From Lingula anatina (taxonomy: Eukaryota > Animalia > Brachiopoda), in NCBI GenBank assembly GCA_051362555.1, contig CM120648.1:8304587-8368586 (forward strand): a DNA stretch of 64,000 nt, given 5' to 3'. The translations under genes were made by a program, and so were the position numbers. Each line of letters begins with the position of its first letter. The stretch's first letter is position 1. The notes beneath the pieces are model-generated. The model was given only the letters and a program-made list of their open reading frames with translations. It made no database searches and was not told where the DNA came from. Positions 12,193 through 24,027 of this stretch are shown here, piece by piece.

Positions 12193-14779
12193 TTAAAACC
12201 CAAACCTTCTGGAATATTTTCTTGAATATTTTCTAGCATACATCTTTTTGACAATATTATGATATTTGAGCGATATTGCCGAGTGTTTCACGGCAACCAG
12301 CCTCGTTGGCGCTCCACTCCCGTCAACATGAACCATATGGAAGACAAATGCAGTGTATCCGGTTGGTGGCAGCTTGTCGAGATTGGCCACGCTCTCTAGC
12401 GCGAGAAGCTTGGCGCCGAGAAAAGCCACGTGGGCCGGGAGAGATGTCGTCTGCCCTGCATCAACACTACGTGCGTCAGTTCCGACTCCGATGATTTTTC
12501 GATTGTTTACCAACCACTCAGCTGCCTCTCCTGAGAAACCGGGGAAATGAACGAGAGCCTGTCCTTGATCATTTTTCCAATGGGTGCGGTTAGTAGTTCC
12601 GAAGTACTTCTCATAATTGTTCACGTATTTCCCCCATCCACTGTACAAAAATACCATGGCATTGTCCGGTATCCGACCGTTCTCATATTCCCAATCACGG
12701 AGGTCTTTAACAGTCAACACGGCGTCCGGGTTGTTTGCGGCTTTTTTGGAAATATCCACTCGAATGGCCGGACCAATGAGGGTGTGGGCCGGAATCTGAT
12801 GGATTCGCCATGAACCTTTGATGAAGTGCGCAGGCGCATCCAGATGCGTCCCAATATGCTCCGGGCTACAAAAGTCGTTGGACTCGAGCCTAGTGGTGTA
12901 CAAGTGTACTGTATATATGAAGGCGACAGTAAATTCCAGTTGCTGGTTTATAATTAGATATATCAAACTAGGACTTTGAGGCTAACATGATCCACGATTA
13001 TGCCGTTTAAACGTCATCAAACACTTATCGCACAATTTTACGAAAAACAGAAATTAGATCTTTACTGCCAGTTGGAATATTGGAGAAAAATAAGCAATGA
13101 TCAACTAATCAATAGAGAACAGTAACTGACAGCATTGTAACGTGAAATAGGCCTACTGAACAACTTTCTGATCAAGTAACTTTTCCAGTTGGCAAAATTT
13201 ACCATTTAAAAAGAACGTTCACTCAGTGACCAAAGTATATATACGCACCATACAGTATTGTTGCCCAGTCTGGCATAGCCTCTACGTCTCACTAGTAGTT
13301 CAAAACTAGCACTACCTGGCCACGTCACCGTGTTGTTATCAAGGGGGTACGTAAGGTCAATTACGTCAGCCGGGCCGGGAGAAATTTGGACAGTTTTGAA
13401 TGCAATGATCCGCAAGGGGCCACCACTGCCGTCCTTTATTTTAACAGGCAGCATGGCCACTGAATACCCCTTGGGTGGAAGTTTATCCAAATTTGCCACG
13501 ACTTCTGCCATGTAGATGTTGTTTTTGCTTAGAGGAAGATGCGCCAAAGCAGTCTTACTTGGCCCTATCGAAGGACTGTCAATTCCAACGGCTGAGATTC
13601 TCCTGTTTTCTGCTAGCCATTTGGCGGCGCTTTCGGCAACTGCGGGGAAATTAAGACGGGAGTTTCCGTCACTGTCTCTTGCATTACCCGTGCCGTTATA
13701 ACCAAAGAATGCAGTGCGATTGTTGATATATTTTCCCCAACCAGTGAAAACAAACAAAATGGCACCGTCTGGTATTTTGCCGTTGATCCTTTCCCAGTTC
13801 ATCAGATCTTCCACCTCAAGGTTGGAGTTGGGATTGATGTCTGCTTTGGCAGATATGTCGACTTTGATCGCTGTACCGAAAAACCTATGAGGTGGAATGT
13901 CTTGCACGTGCCATTTTCCGCGAGCAAAGTGCGCAGGCGCGTCCATGTGGGTGCTTTGATGTTCTGGTCGGCAAATGTCATTGTCCTCAAGCCTGAAGAG
14001 TCAATAATTAAACCTTTTTACAGAACTTGAACAATATATCTTTCTACTTTTGAGTATGCCAATTCTTCTTATTCAGTCAACAGCTAATGCTGAACACATT
14101 GTTCGTTTCGAATATTTGGAGGGCTATTATAAAATTTTGCTCATTTGCAAAAAGTAAGAAGAAGAGGGAAAATATGATGATGATGAATATTGAATCTACT
14201 ACTTAGAGACATGCTTTACTGTGGCGTTGATTAAAAACGATTCTTTCTACACGCTATTCAGCAGAGGCGGATCCAGGATTTTTTGAAGGGGGGGTGGGGG
14301 AGTCCGGAACAATAGACCTCGGATGCGAAAACGTTCATCGCCCCCTTGGTGTGGGGTTCGAGGCCTGCTCAAGGACCCGAAAAATTTTGGAGGGCAAACA
14401 GTGTCATTTGGTACGGTTTAGAACTATGATTTATCTAGTCAAAATTCTCGTTTCAAGAGGGGAATATTGGTGCGATATATTTTTCAGAGACCGAAGGTTG
14501 GTTCAGGACCCCCTGCCCCCCCCCCCCCCTCCCTGCTCTAAATCCGCCACTGATTCATTTCGAGATATACTATATTTTTACATACCACCCAGCTCCAAAA
14601 TCCACTGGACCCCTGTAGATACGTTTGTATCGAAACCCATCTCTCTCTCGCCCCGGCCAGACTAAACTGTCCTCTGACACTGCATACGTCATGTCTATGA
14701 TCTCATGGGCGGCAGGACTCCAGTACGCATGTACAATGTAGTTGCATAGCAACAGCATTAGAACAGACGACGGCGCCAT
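12193..14779 (-). CDS. Double-domain cyclase-family hydrolase, copy 2; exons 14586-14779, 13249-13992, 12193-12889; 544 aa; hydrophobic tail replaced by a basic tail
   Basis: Same splice sites as copy 1 (194+744+697 nt, in frame). Motifs EHQSTHMDAPAHF and EHIGTHLDAPAHF. Ends SAISLKYHNIVKKMYARKYSRKYSRRFGF. Confidence 0.8.
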
Positions 14780-15782
14780 TTTTAACTGATGAAAAATACA
14801 TTATGATATAGATCTAGGCCTACATGAACATCTATGCTGAAGACTATTTTGCTCGAGTAATTAAAAACAGCTAGTTCTTTTGTACAATTTTTAAGGGAAT
14901 AACAACTGTTCACTTTGGCCAAAATGTGGATTTTCCTGGAGTAAAGGACAATTCCCCATACTTAGCCTACCAATGGCTAATGAATCCATTCCGACAAAGT
15001 TAGTTCCTGTTTTTTTCTGAAATATTTGGTTTTTGTAATGTTTTCTTATGAGATTATTACAGAGTGTAGCTTTCTATGGAGGCCACGTGAGGTGAAGGCA
15101 AGGACAAATTCTAGAATAATTGCATCAACTGTCGTTACAGTGGTAAAATAGAATTTATTATATTTCAATAAGTAGGCCTATTTGTTTACACTGCATTTAA
15201 TGTAAAATATGGATAGGCCTATCATACGAACAGTTGTTATCCCTTTAATAAGACAGTATTGCAAAAGTTTAGTCTTGGTGATATTGCACATTGGAAAAGA
15301 TGACATTTGAATCTTTCAGATAAAGATCTCGAAATATAGGTCCCTATAGGTCAACAGTGGAATTTGGCTATCATCGTGTACAACATCTGAATAGCTTTGA
15401 AGGAATGAATTAAGTTTGATAACAAATTCCAGTCACGGCAGCATAGTCTGGGTAAGCATACGAAATGCATTTTGTCATGAAGATTTATTGTAATTCAAGT
15501 GAAAAAAAATTTTTTTTTCTAATTTTCTGTAGAATAAAAAGAGGCGAATTGTGTAGGCCTGTAGGGTATTATAATTGGCCAGGTTTTGTCGGTGATAAGC
15601 GTTATGTGGTTTGAATAAATATTGAACTTAAAACAAATCAAATCCATTAACAAAAGGGGAAATTGAAATTCAATAATTTGTGCGCAATTGGCCAGAGATG
15701 CAAAACAGATGCACTGGTCCTACTAAAATTCCAAAATTGACCAAGAAAACAAGACGTTGTTCATGAGACTATAAACGTATAT

Positions 15783-15784
<2 letters not shown>

Positions 15785-15851
<67 letters not shown>

Positions 15852-15880
15852 TGTGTGTGTGTGTAAGAGAGAGAGAGTGA
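15785..15880. repeat. Compound (GT)n/(GA)n microsatellite
   Basis: Directly visible runs. Confidence 0.95.
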
Positions 15881-16822
15881 GTAAGCATTTTCATACTAAT
15901 GTATATGTACATTCATGGACTGAAATACAGTATATCAGTAGAAAAAGACGTTTTTAAATGGTTTAAACTGGATATGAAAATGAATTTAAAATAACAATTC
16001 GTGATCAAATCCATATTACATCTCTCTGAGTTAACAAACTGGTCACGAAGTCACGAAGTCACGAAAAAATTTATTTTTTTAAGGAAGAAAAGCCATAAAA
16101 CGATGGTAAAGATACACAAGTTCTTCGTTTTCTATAAAATGTTATTAGAATGTCTATCCTACAATAAATCTGCAGTATAGAGTGTTCTAAACAACAACAT
16201 ATGTGATAAGAAACGCAGTTTTTCTTAGTTTGTGAATCTTCTCTTTTGATAGAAGAAATGCATCAAAGATGTTACTGCTAGAATGAATATATATAGTAAT
16301 CTGATCACTATGGTTTTAATTATATCATTCAAGATTCATATGGGTTACCTTTAAATTTGCACGTTCAGTTCGCCTATGAAGCCCTGCCACAATCTCCATT
16401 ATTATATCTCTGTGCAGCGATGAAACACACCTTTCACATGTAGGCTACCCTAACATTAGTTTGAAAACATGTTAAAATCATCACATAGTTTTTTTAACAC
16501 AAGTAAATCGTCAATATTACTAAGAGATTACCTGGACAAGCTTAAGCACTTGATATCAGTCACTACTAGTGCCTTGAATTTCTTCTGCAAGATCTTGGGG
16601 GTAGGGGAGATCTAGGGAGCTCTCCGTCTACGTGTAAGCGGATCAGATGTTGTTCTGCTTGTGCTCCTTTTGGACAACAAGGACTTGACAAAATATTTAA
16701 ACCCGGTTTACAGGTGGTGTGTCGACATTAAAGTACAGTCTGTACGTGAAGGAAGGCAATATAAAGGACCATGTCTTGTGAGGTCGGTAGCTCAGGTGAA
16801 GGATCACAGAAAGCAAGTGCTT

Positions 16823-17072
16823 ATTTGGATAGATTTGTCTGATAATGTTGGTTGCTCAGCTGATAGGTCAAAGTGTGAGCGTGCCTATTTGGTTAGACTT
16901 GACGTATAATGTCAGTAGCTTAGCTGATAGGTCAAAGTGTGAGTGAGCCTATTTGGTTAGACTTGACGAATAATGTCAGTAGCTCAGCTGATAGGTGAAA
17001 GTGTGAGCGTGCCTATTTGGTTAGACTTGACGTATAATGTCAGTAGCTCAGCTGATAGATCAAAGTGTGAGC
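16823..17072. repeat. Minisatellite, about 4 x 62 bp
   Basis: Unit atttggttagacttgacgtataatgtcagtagctcagctgataggtcaaagtgtgagcgtgcct. Single copy at the paralogous site ~851-905, about two copies at ~21765-21895. Confidence 0.85.
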
Positions 17073-17407
17073 GTACAGGACTTTTAGTCTCATCGTGGTG
17101 TTTGTGAAGAAGCTGAGAACAATTGCATTTCTAATTTATATGCATTTAAAGAGTATGAAAAATAATGTATTTAAGGCATTTGAGTTTAGTATGAACAACA
17201 GATGATTACTTTGCTACACCTTTCTTAAAAAGCCCAGTATTACACATCTGTGTAAACATTTCTAATAGACGCCAATGGAACAAATCGATACTAAAACAAA
17301 ATCGATTTCATTTACAATGTAAGATTGGAAAGCGCCTAAGTTTGCATTAAGTATAACTATATATATTTGAAAACCTGTTATGCATATGGAAACTTTTTGC
17401 AACTGAT

Positions 17408-20126
17408 CTATAATAATGACTGCGTAAGGACAAATAATGATGGCAAAAACAAAATGGCAGAAAGAGGGTGTAAGACAAAACCACTCGATGCTGCTTTCGT
17501 ATCATCTGAGTTAAAACTAATTGCAGAGTTATTCACGGCAACCAGCCTCGTTGGCGCTCCACTCCCGTCAACATGAACCATATGGAAGACAAATGCAGTG
17601 TATCCGGTTGGTGGCAGCTTGTCGAGATTGGCCACGCTCTCTAGCGCGAGAAGCTTGGCGCCGAGAAAAGCCACGTGGGCCGGGAGAGATGTCGTCTGCC
17701 CTGCATCAACACTACGTGCGTCACTTCCGACTCCGATGATTTTTCGATTGTTTACCAACCACTCAGCTGCCTCTCCTGAGAAACCGGGGAAATGAACGAG
17801 AGCCTGTCCTTGATCATTTTTCCAATGGGTGCGGTTAGCAGTTCCGAGGTACTTCTCATAATCATCTACGTATTTTCCCCATCCGCTGTACAAAAAAACC
17901 ATGGCATTGTCCGGTATCCGACCGTTCTCATATTCCCAATCATGGAGGTCTTTAACAGTCAACGTAGCGTCCGGGTTGTTTGCGGCCTTTTGGGAAATAT
18001 CCACTCGAATGGCCGGACCAATGAGGGTGTGGGCCGGAATTTGATGAATTCGCCATGAACCTTTGATAAAGTGCGCAGGCGCATCCAGATGCGTCCCAAT
18101 ATGCTCCGGGCCACAAAAGTCGTTGATCTCGGTCCTAACGGTGTACAATTGTATATATGAAGGCGACAAAATATTCCACTGGCTGGTTTATAATTAGATA
18201 TGTCAATTAAGGCCTTTGAGGTATCATGATCCACAATTATTCCATTCAAACGTCATCAAACATTTATGGCAAAATTTTAAGAAAACAGAAATTAGACTTA
18301 AAAAAAAAAACCTTTACACTGGACGGCTTCCTTTCTGCGTCCTTTGTGCAACCATGAAACTGGCATGGCAATGGTCGTAGAAAGGAGACACAAGCATTGC
18401 CTTGGTTGCAGAATGACTGCTCAGTAATCGGCCAGTTGTCGGCACGTAAAGCATTATTTTTTAAATTTTAAACAGGGCCGTACTAGGGGGCACAGAAAGG
18501 ACGCCGTCCAGTGTAAAGATGGTTTTACTGCCAACTGGATGATTGGAGAAAAGTAAGCAATATTACTGAGGATCAACAGTAACTGACAGCATTGTAACGT
18601 GAAATAGGCCTACTGAACAACTTTCTGATCAAGTTAATTTTTTCAGTTAGCAAAATTTACCATTTAAAAAGAACGTTCACTCAGTGACGCAAGTATATAT
18701 ACGTACCATACAGTATTGTTGCCCAATCTAGTAAAACCTCTTCGTCTCACTAGTAGTACAAAACTGGCACTACCCGGCCATGTAACCGTGGTGTTATCAA
18801 GGGCGTACGTAAGGTCAATTACGTCAGCCGGGCCGGGAGAAACTTGGACAGTTTTGAACGCAATGATCCGCAAGGGGCCACCACTGCCGTCTTTTATTTT
18901 AATAGGCAGCATGGCCACTGAATATCCCTTGGGTGGAAGTTTGTCCAAATTGGCCACGACGTCTGCCAAGTAGATGTTGTTTTTGCTTAGAGGAAGATGC
19001 GCCAAACCAGTTTTACTTGGTCCCATCGAAGGACTGTCAATTCCAACGGCTGAGATTCTCCTGTTTTCTGCCAGCCATTTGGCGGCGCTTTCGGCAACTG
19101 CGGGGAAATTAAGACGGGAATGTCCGTCACTGTCTCTTGCTTTACCCGTGCCGTTATAACCAAAGAATGCAGTGCGATTGTCGATATATTTTCCCCAACC
19201 AGTGTAAACAAACAAGATGGCACCATCTGGTATTTTGCCGTTGACCCTTTCCCAGTTCATCAGATCTTCCACCTCAAGGTTGGAGTTGGGATTGAGGTCT
19301 GCTTTGGCAGATATGTCGACTTTGATCGCTGTACCGAAAAACCTATGAGGTGGAATGTCTTGCACGCGCCATTTTCCGCGAGCAAAGTGCGCAGGCGCGT
19401 CCATATGGGTGCTATGATGTTCTGGTCGGCAAATGTCATGGTCTTCAAGCCTAAAGAGTCAATTATTAAATCATTTTCAGAACTAGTACAATATATCTTT
19501 CTACTTTTCAGTATGCCTATTCTCCTACTTCAACCAACAGCTAATAATGAACATATTGGTCATCTCGCATATTTGGAGGTCTATTATAAAATTTTGCTAA
19601 GTGGGAAAAAGTAAGAGAAGAGAGAAAAGACGAAGATGATGAATATTCAGCAGAGGCGGATCCAGGATTATTTGAAGGGGGGGGGGGGGGGGTCCAGAAC
19701 AACAGATCTCGGATGCTAAGCCGACCATCGACCCCTTGGTGTGGGGACCGACACATTTTTGGTGTTCTGGGGAGCAAACAGGGTCATTCGGTACGGTTTA
19801 GAACTATAATTTAGCTAGTCAAAATTCCAATTTCAAAAGGGGAATATTTCAGAAACCGTAGTTGATTTAGGACCCTTGCCCTTCTCTAAACCCGCTACTG
19901 ATTCATTTGGAGGTATAATATAGATTACATACCACCCAGCTCCAAAATCCACTGGACCCCTGTAGATACGTTTGTATCGAAACCCATTTCTCTCTTGCCC
20001 CGGCCAGGCTAAACTGTCCTCTGACACCGCATACGTCATGTCTATGATCTCATGGGCGGCAGGACTCCAGTGCGCATGTACAATGTGGTTGCATAGCAAC
20101 AGCATTAGAACAGACGTCGACGCCAT
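17408..20126 (-). CDS. Double-domain cyclase-family hydrolase, copy 3; exons 19933-20126, 18707-19450, 17408-18134; 554 aa; signal peptide and GPI-like tail
   Basis: Canonical GT-AG sites, 194+744+727 nt. Motifs EHHSTHMDAPAHF and EHIGTHLDAPAHF. Tail AASSGFVLHPLSAILFLPSLFVLTQSLL. Confidence 0.88.
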
Positions 20127-22224
20127 TTTTTCACTGAAGAAAAATAATTTGAATATACATGTACATGTACATCTATGCGGAAAACTATTTTTTCGAGCAA
20201 TAAAAAAACAGCTCGTCCTATTGTACAATTCTTAAAGGGATAACAACTGTTCACTTGGCCAAAAAGTGTATTTCCTTGGGGTAAAGGACAAATTATTGCA
20301 CAATGGAAATGAGGACCCCTGAAGTTTTCAGATGAGGATATCGAAATATGGCTCTACAATTGAAGTTGGTTAAACCATGCACTCATAACATGAGGGTTAT
20401 AGCTTATAACAAAATTATACTAGTATGTTAAAATCTTCACGCTGTTTTAAACACAATTATTTCGTCAATATTACTAAGAGCTTACCTGGTTAAACTTAAG
20501 CACATGTATATCAGTCACTACAAGTGCCTTGCCTCTGAATATCTTCTGCAAGATCCTGGCGGTAGGAGAGATCTAGGGAGCTCTCCGACTTCGTGTAAGC
20601 GGATCAGATGTTGTTCTTCTTGTGCGCCTTTTGTACACGAAAAAGGTGACAAGAAATTTAAACCCGGCTTACATTTGTTGTGTTGACATTAAGGTACAGT
20701 CTGTACGTGAAGGAAGGCAACACAAAGGGCCATGCCTTGTTGGGTCGGTAGCTCAAGAGAAAGATCACAGGATGCACGTGTTTAGACTTGTCGCTTGCTT
20801 ATTTAGTTAGACCTTGGATATAATAACGAATGGAACCTTCAATCGCGTCTTGAATTAAAATGACGCAATCTGTCTCCGATTTCTTAGGCTCGCTTACATT
20901 TCTTTAGGCTGGCGTTTTTTATGTACCTTTTAAATAAAGATGACGTCAACACTGCTGTGTACTTAATATATAGGTTTAATATATCCCTTTATCAAAGCTG
21001 GCATCAACACTGCTGTGAACTGCATATATATGTTCATGTTGCCGGCTAATGTCTGCTCGAATTTGGGGATGCTCATTAATATTTTTTACTCTCAATATCG
21101 GTTCTCGTTGCAATATGGCATCACACATGCATTTGTGACACAAAAAAACGCACCTGGGGGGCTTTTAATATCCTTTTATCAAAGTTGACACCAACACTGT
21201 GAACAGTATATATATATCTATGTGCATGTTACTGGCTATTGTCTGTTCGAATTTGGGGATGTTAATTGGTAATTGTATTACTCTTAATATCGGCCGATAC
21301 ATTGCTTTAAAACCAATTATATATATATATATATATATATAGGCCTATATATATATATCAGCTCAACATAGAACATTACAATCTTGGACGTGATAACAAG
21401 TATAAAAGACAAACGCCAGAACCCGTTTTTATGAGGTAACAGAAAAAAAAGAAACTGATAGCCCGAAACAAATTTCCATGTGTTGACGCAAGCCTATGTG
21501 CTCTCAACTGCAAGATGGCGGCAATGCTGTATCATAGCAACCACGAGGGACCGCGAGAAATTGCGTTATCAATGCAAAAAAAACAAAAAAACAGTAGAAA
21601 TATACTGAGGCACAGCGCGCGCGACCTTGATACTAATCTGTTCAGGCTCCAATGGAACTATCAAAACCGCTTATCTGAGACAAGGGCGAATGTGTACCCG
21701 AACGCACATGTCTTCAAAGGAAGATGCCGCTTTTCAAGTCACTTCGATATTAATTATGTCCAAGGTTAGATGTGTCTTATAATGTCGGTTGCTCAGCTGA
21801 TACAGATGTATGTAAGTGTGAACGTGCATATTTGGTTACACTTGTCGTATATATTTTCATTAGCTCAGCTAATAGGTCAGAGTGTGAGCGTGCCTATTAG
21901 CCTCATTGTGATGTTTGTGTAGAAGCCGAGCACAATTGCATTTCTCATTTACTGGTATATGCACTTAAAGCGTATGAAAAATAATTAATTTAAGACATTT
22001 GAGTATAGTATGAACCTCTGGTGGTAATTTTGCTATACATCTCGTAAAAAGACCAGTATTACACATCTGTCTGAACATTTCAAAATAACGCCAATGGAAC
22101 AAAATATTAAATACACAAAATTGCTGTCATTTATCCTGTAAGATTTGAAAACGCCTTCATTTGCATAAAGTATAACTATATTTGACAAACTCTTATCTAT
22201 ATGCACCTTTTTGCGAATGATCTA

Positions 22225-22333
22225 TTATATTGTCCGCGAAATGATAAATAAATAGGGCAGAAACAAAATGGAAGAAAGAGGGCGTAAGACAAAACCACTC
22301 TGTGCTGCTTTCCTATCATTTGAGATAAAAGTA
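22225..22333 (-). pseudogene. Relic 3' tip (anchor tail only) of a copy-5-type cyclase gene
   Basis: Matches 29169-29277 (VLRPLSSILFLPYLFI). At 22333 it joins directly to sequence matching ~32031 onward, i.e. upstream of copy 5. Confidence 0.75.
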
Positions 22334-23597
22334 CATGCATGCCAGAAACAGGATAGCGAACTGGAGCATAAAATAAATATTTATAGCCATTTGCTTTTTA
22401 CCATACAAAAATAAGTGCAAACACTGACTTCTGCACAAATACTATACTAGCTTGTCATAAACTTTGGAAGGATACTCCCAGTAAGACTATTGAATTGAAA
22501 TATAGGCAAAATTACTCTGGACTCTTAATTATCATATTGATCAAATTATTAATTCAGGGTTGTAGTAATAACAAGACTTACAAAAACCATCAGAAAAGAG
22601 CATCATTATTGAGCCATTTCCCCCCTTTTTTTTTTTGCTACTTTATTGATTTCTCATTTAACGCCGAGAATAAATTAAAATGTAGGTATAGTACAACGCA
22701 ATCTAGCTAGTACTGGGAACCACCTAGTAGTCATACCTTTGTCTTCTTACTGTCTCCCAAACGTCCCTGGAAATGCGAGGTTTACAGCAGAACTTCTCCA
22801 TTCTATCTGCCTCCTCTGTGGAACAAAATATCTGCAACTATGCATGGTATTTTGCTAGGCGAACTCCCGGAGCCTTTTCAGTCTTATTTCACGCCCTGGT
22901 TGATATGAGTGTCTGCTACAGAAAGTAGAAGCTTGATTGTACATGTAACTTAGAACCATGCTATCTCTGGCTGAAATGCTTTGCGATCCGAGGGATTAAT
23001 AAAGACAAAGTTTTCTTCCAAGCGTCACTCAAGGTGCCAACATCTGGGACTTTGGTATAAGCAATGAGGGATGCAGCCTAGTAACAACTTGGTGCATTAA
23101 GTTGAGCAAATTTAAGCATACAACGAGAGCACTGGTGATTATCTCATGACAAAGACAAAGAGGAAACTTGTCTGCAATGATATAACCTATTAACGGTATT
23201 ATATTTAGAGCAGTTTGTAGCAAGAATAGCGTGGATTTTTACTTATGATGTATAAAGATTAGTATTTACGCGTCTGATGGGTATGTTCTTTCGTTGTTTG
23301 TCTTTTTATAGGGAACTATGGAACATTATACTGGTTTATTAAATCATACAGTGACCTGAAAAGGAGTAAAAAAATTATCACTTAGTAAATAGATATAATT
23401 GTCTTCGTCTATATTTAAAGCAAACGTACGTCCCATTGTCGTCAGGGAAGTTGTCCGGTTGGTTTCATATCTAATCGAACTAAATAACTATATTTTATAT
23501 GTTTGATGTCAAAGCGAGAAAAAAAGCTATCATGCCACTCCGTACCTTTGATACTGGTACCACTCTGTAGTCCAATGGAATTTTAATGGGTGATTTT

Positions 23598-23645
23598 TAT
23601 ATAATATAATATAATATAATATAATATAATATAATATAATATATG
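23598..23645. repeat. (TATAA)n microsatellite
   Basis: Directly visible. Confidence 0.9.
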
Positions 23646-24027
23646 ATTGTGTATAATTTTATAAATTTCATTTTTGAAAGACAAGAAAGATCAAAACATT
23701 GAGTAAAATTGATATTTGTTGTTTACTTAATCCACGCAGAACGTTTAGTAGCCTATTGCACGCCTGTCTCAAGATTTTGAATAAGTCATAAGAGCGAAAT
23801 AACCCACTACTAGTACATGAATATACATGTAGAATTTTAATCAGTCATTTACATTTAACAATTTAGAAAGTCTTGCCCGCATTAATGACTGTCTTTGAAA
23901 TTTCTAAATACATGCTTCAATTTCCATTGACTTCAATCAAGAAAGTAAGGACAGAAAATGAGGGCAAAATCAATATAATAAATAGAGGGCGTGTTATAGG
24001 ACCATATGAAGCTACTTTCCTATCAAC

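Larger units (their letters stand above)
16011..22333. repeat. Segmental duplication paralogous to ~1-6330 (flank, gene, upstream region and relic tail)
   Basis: ccatattacatctctctgag at 2 and 16011. Collinear flanks, gene and the agggaccgcgagaaattgcg block (5652 / 21546). Different insertions at ~5140-5650 and ~20950-21540. Confidence 0.8.

Noticed and set aside
16823-17072. 62-bp repeats as a CRISPR array
   Set aside because: No unique spacers, no cas genes, eukaryotic context. It is a local expansion of a unit that is single-copy at the paralogous site.
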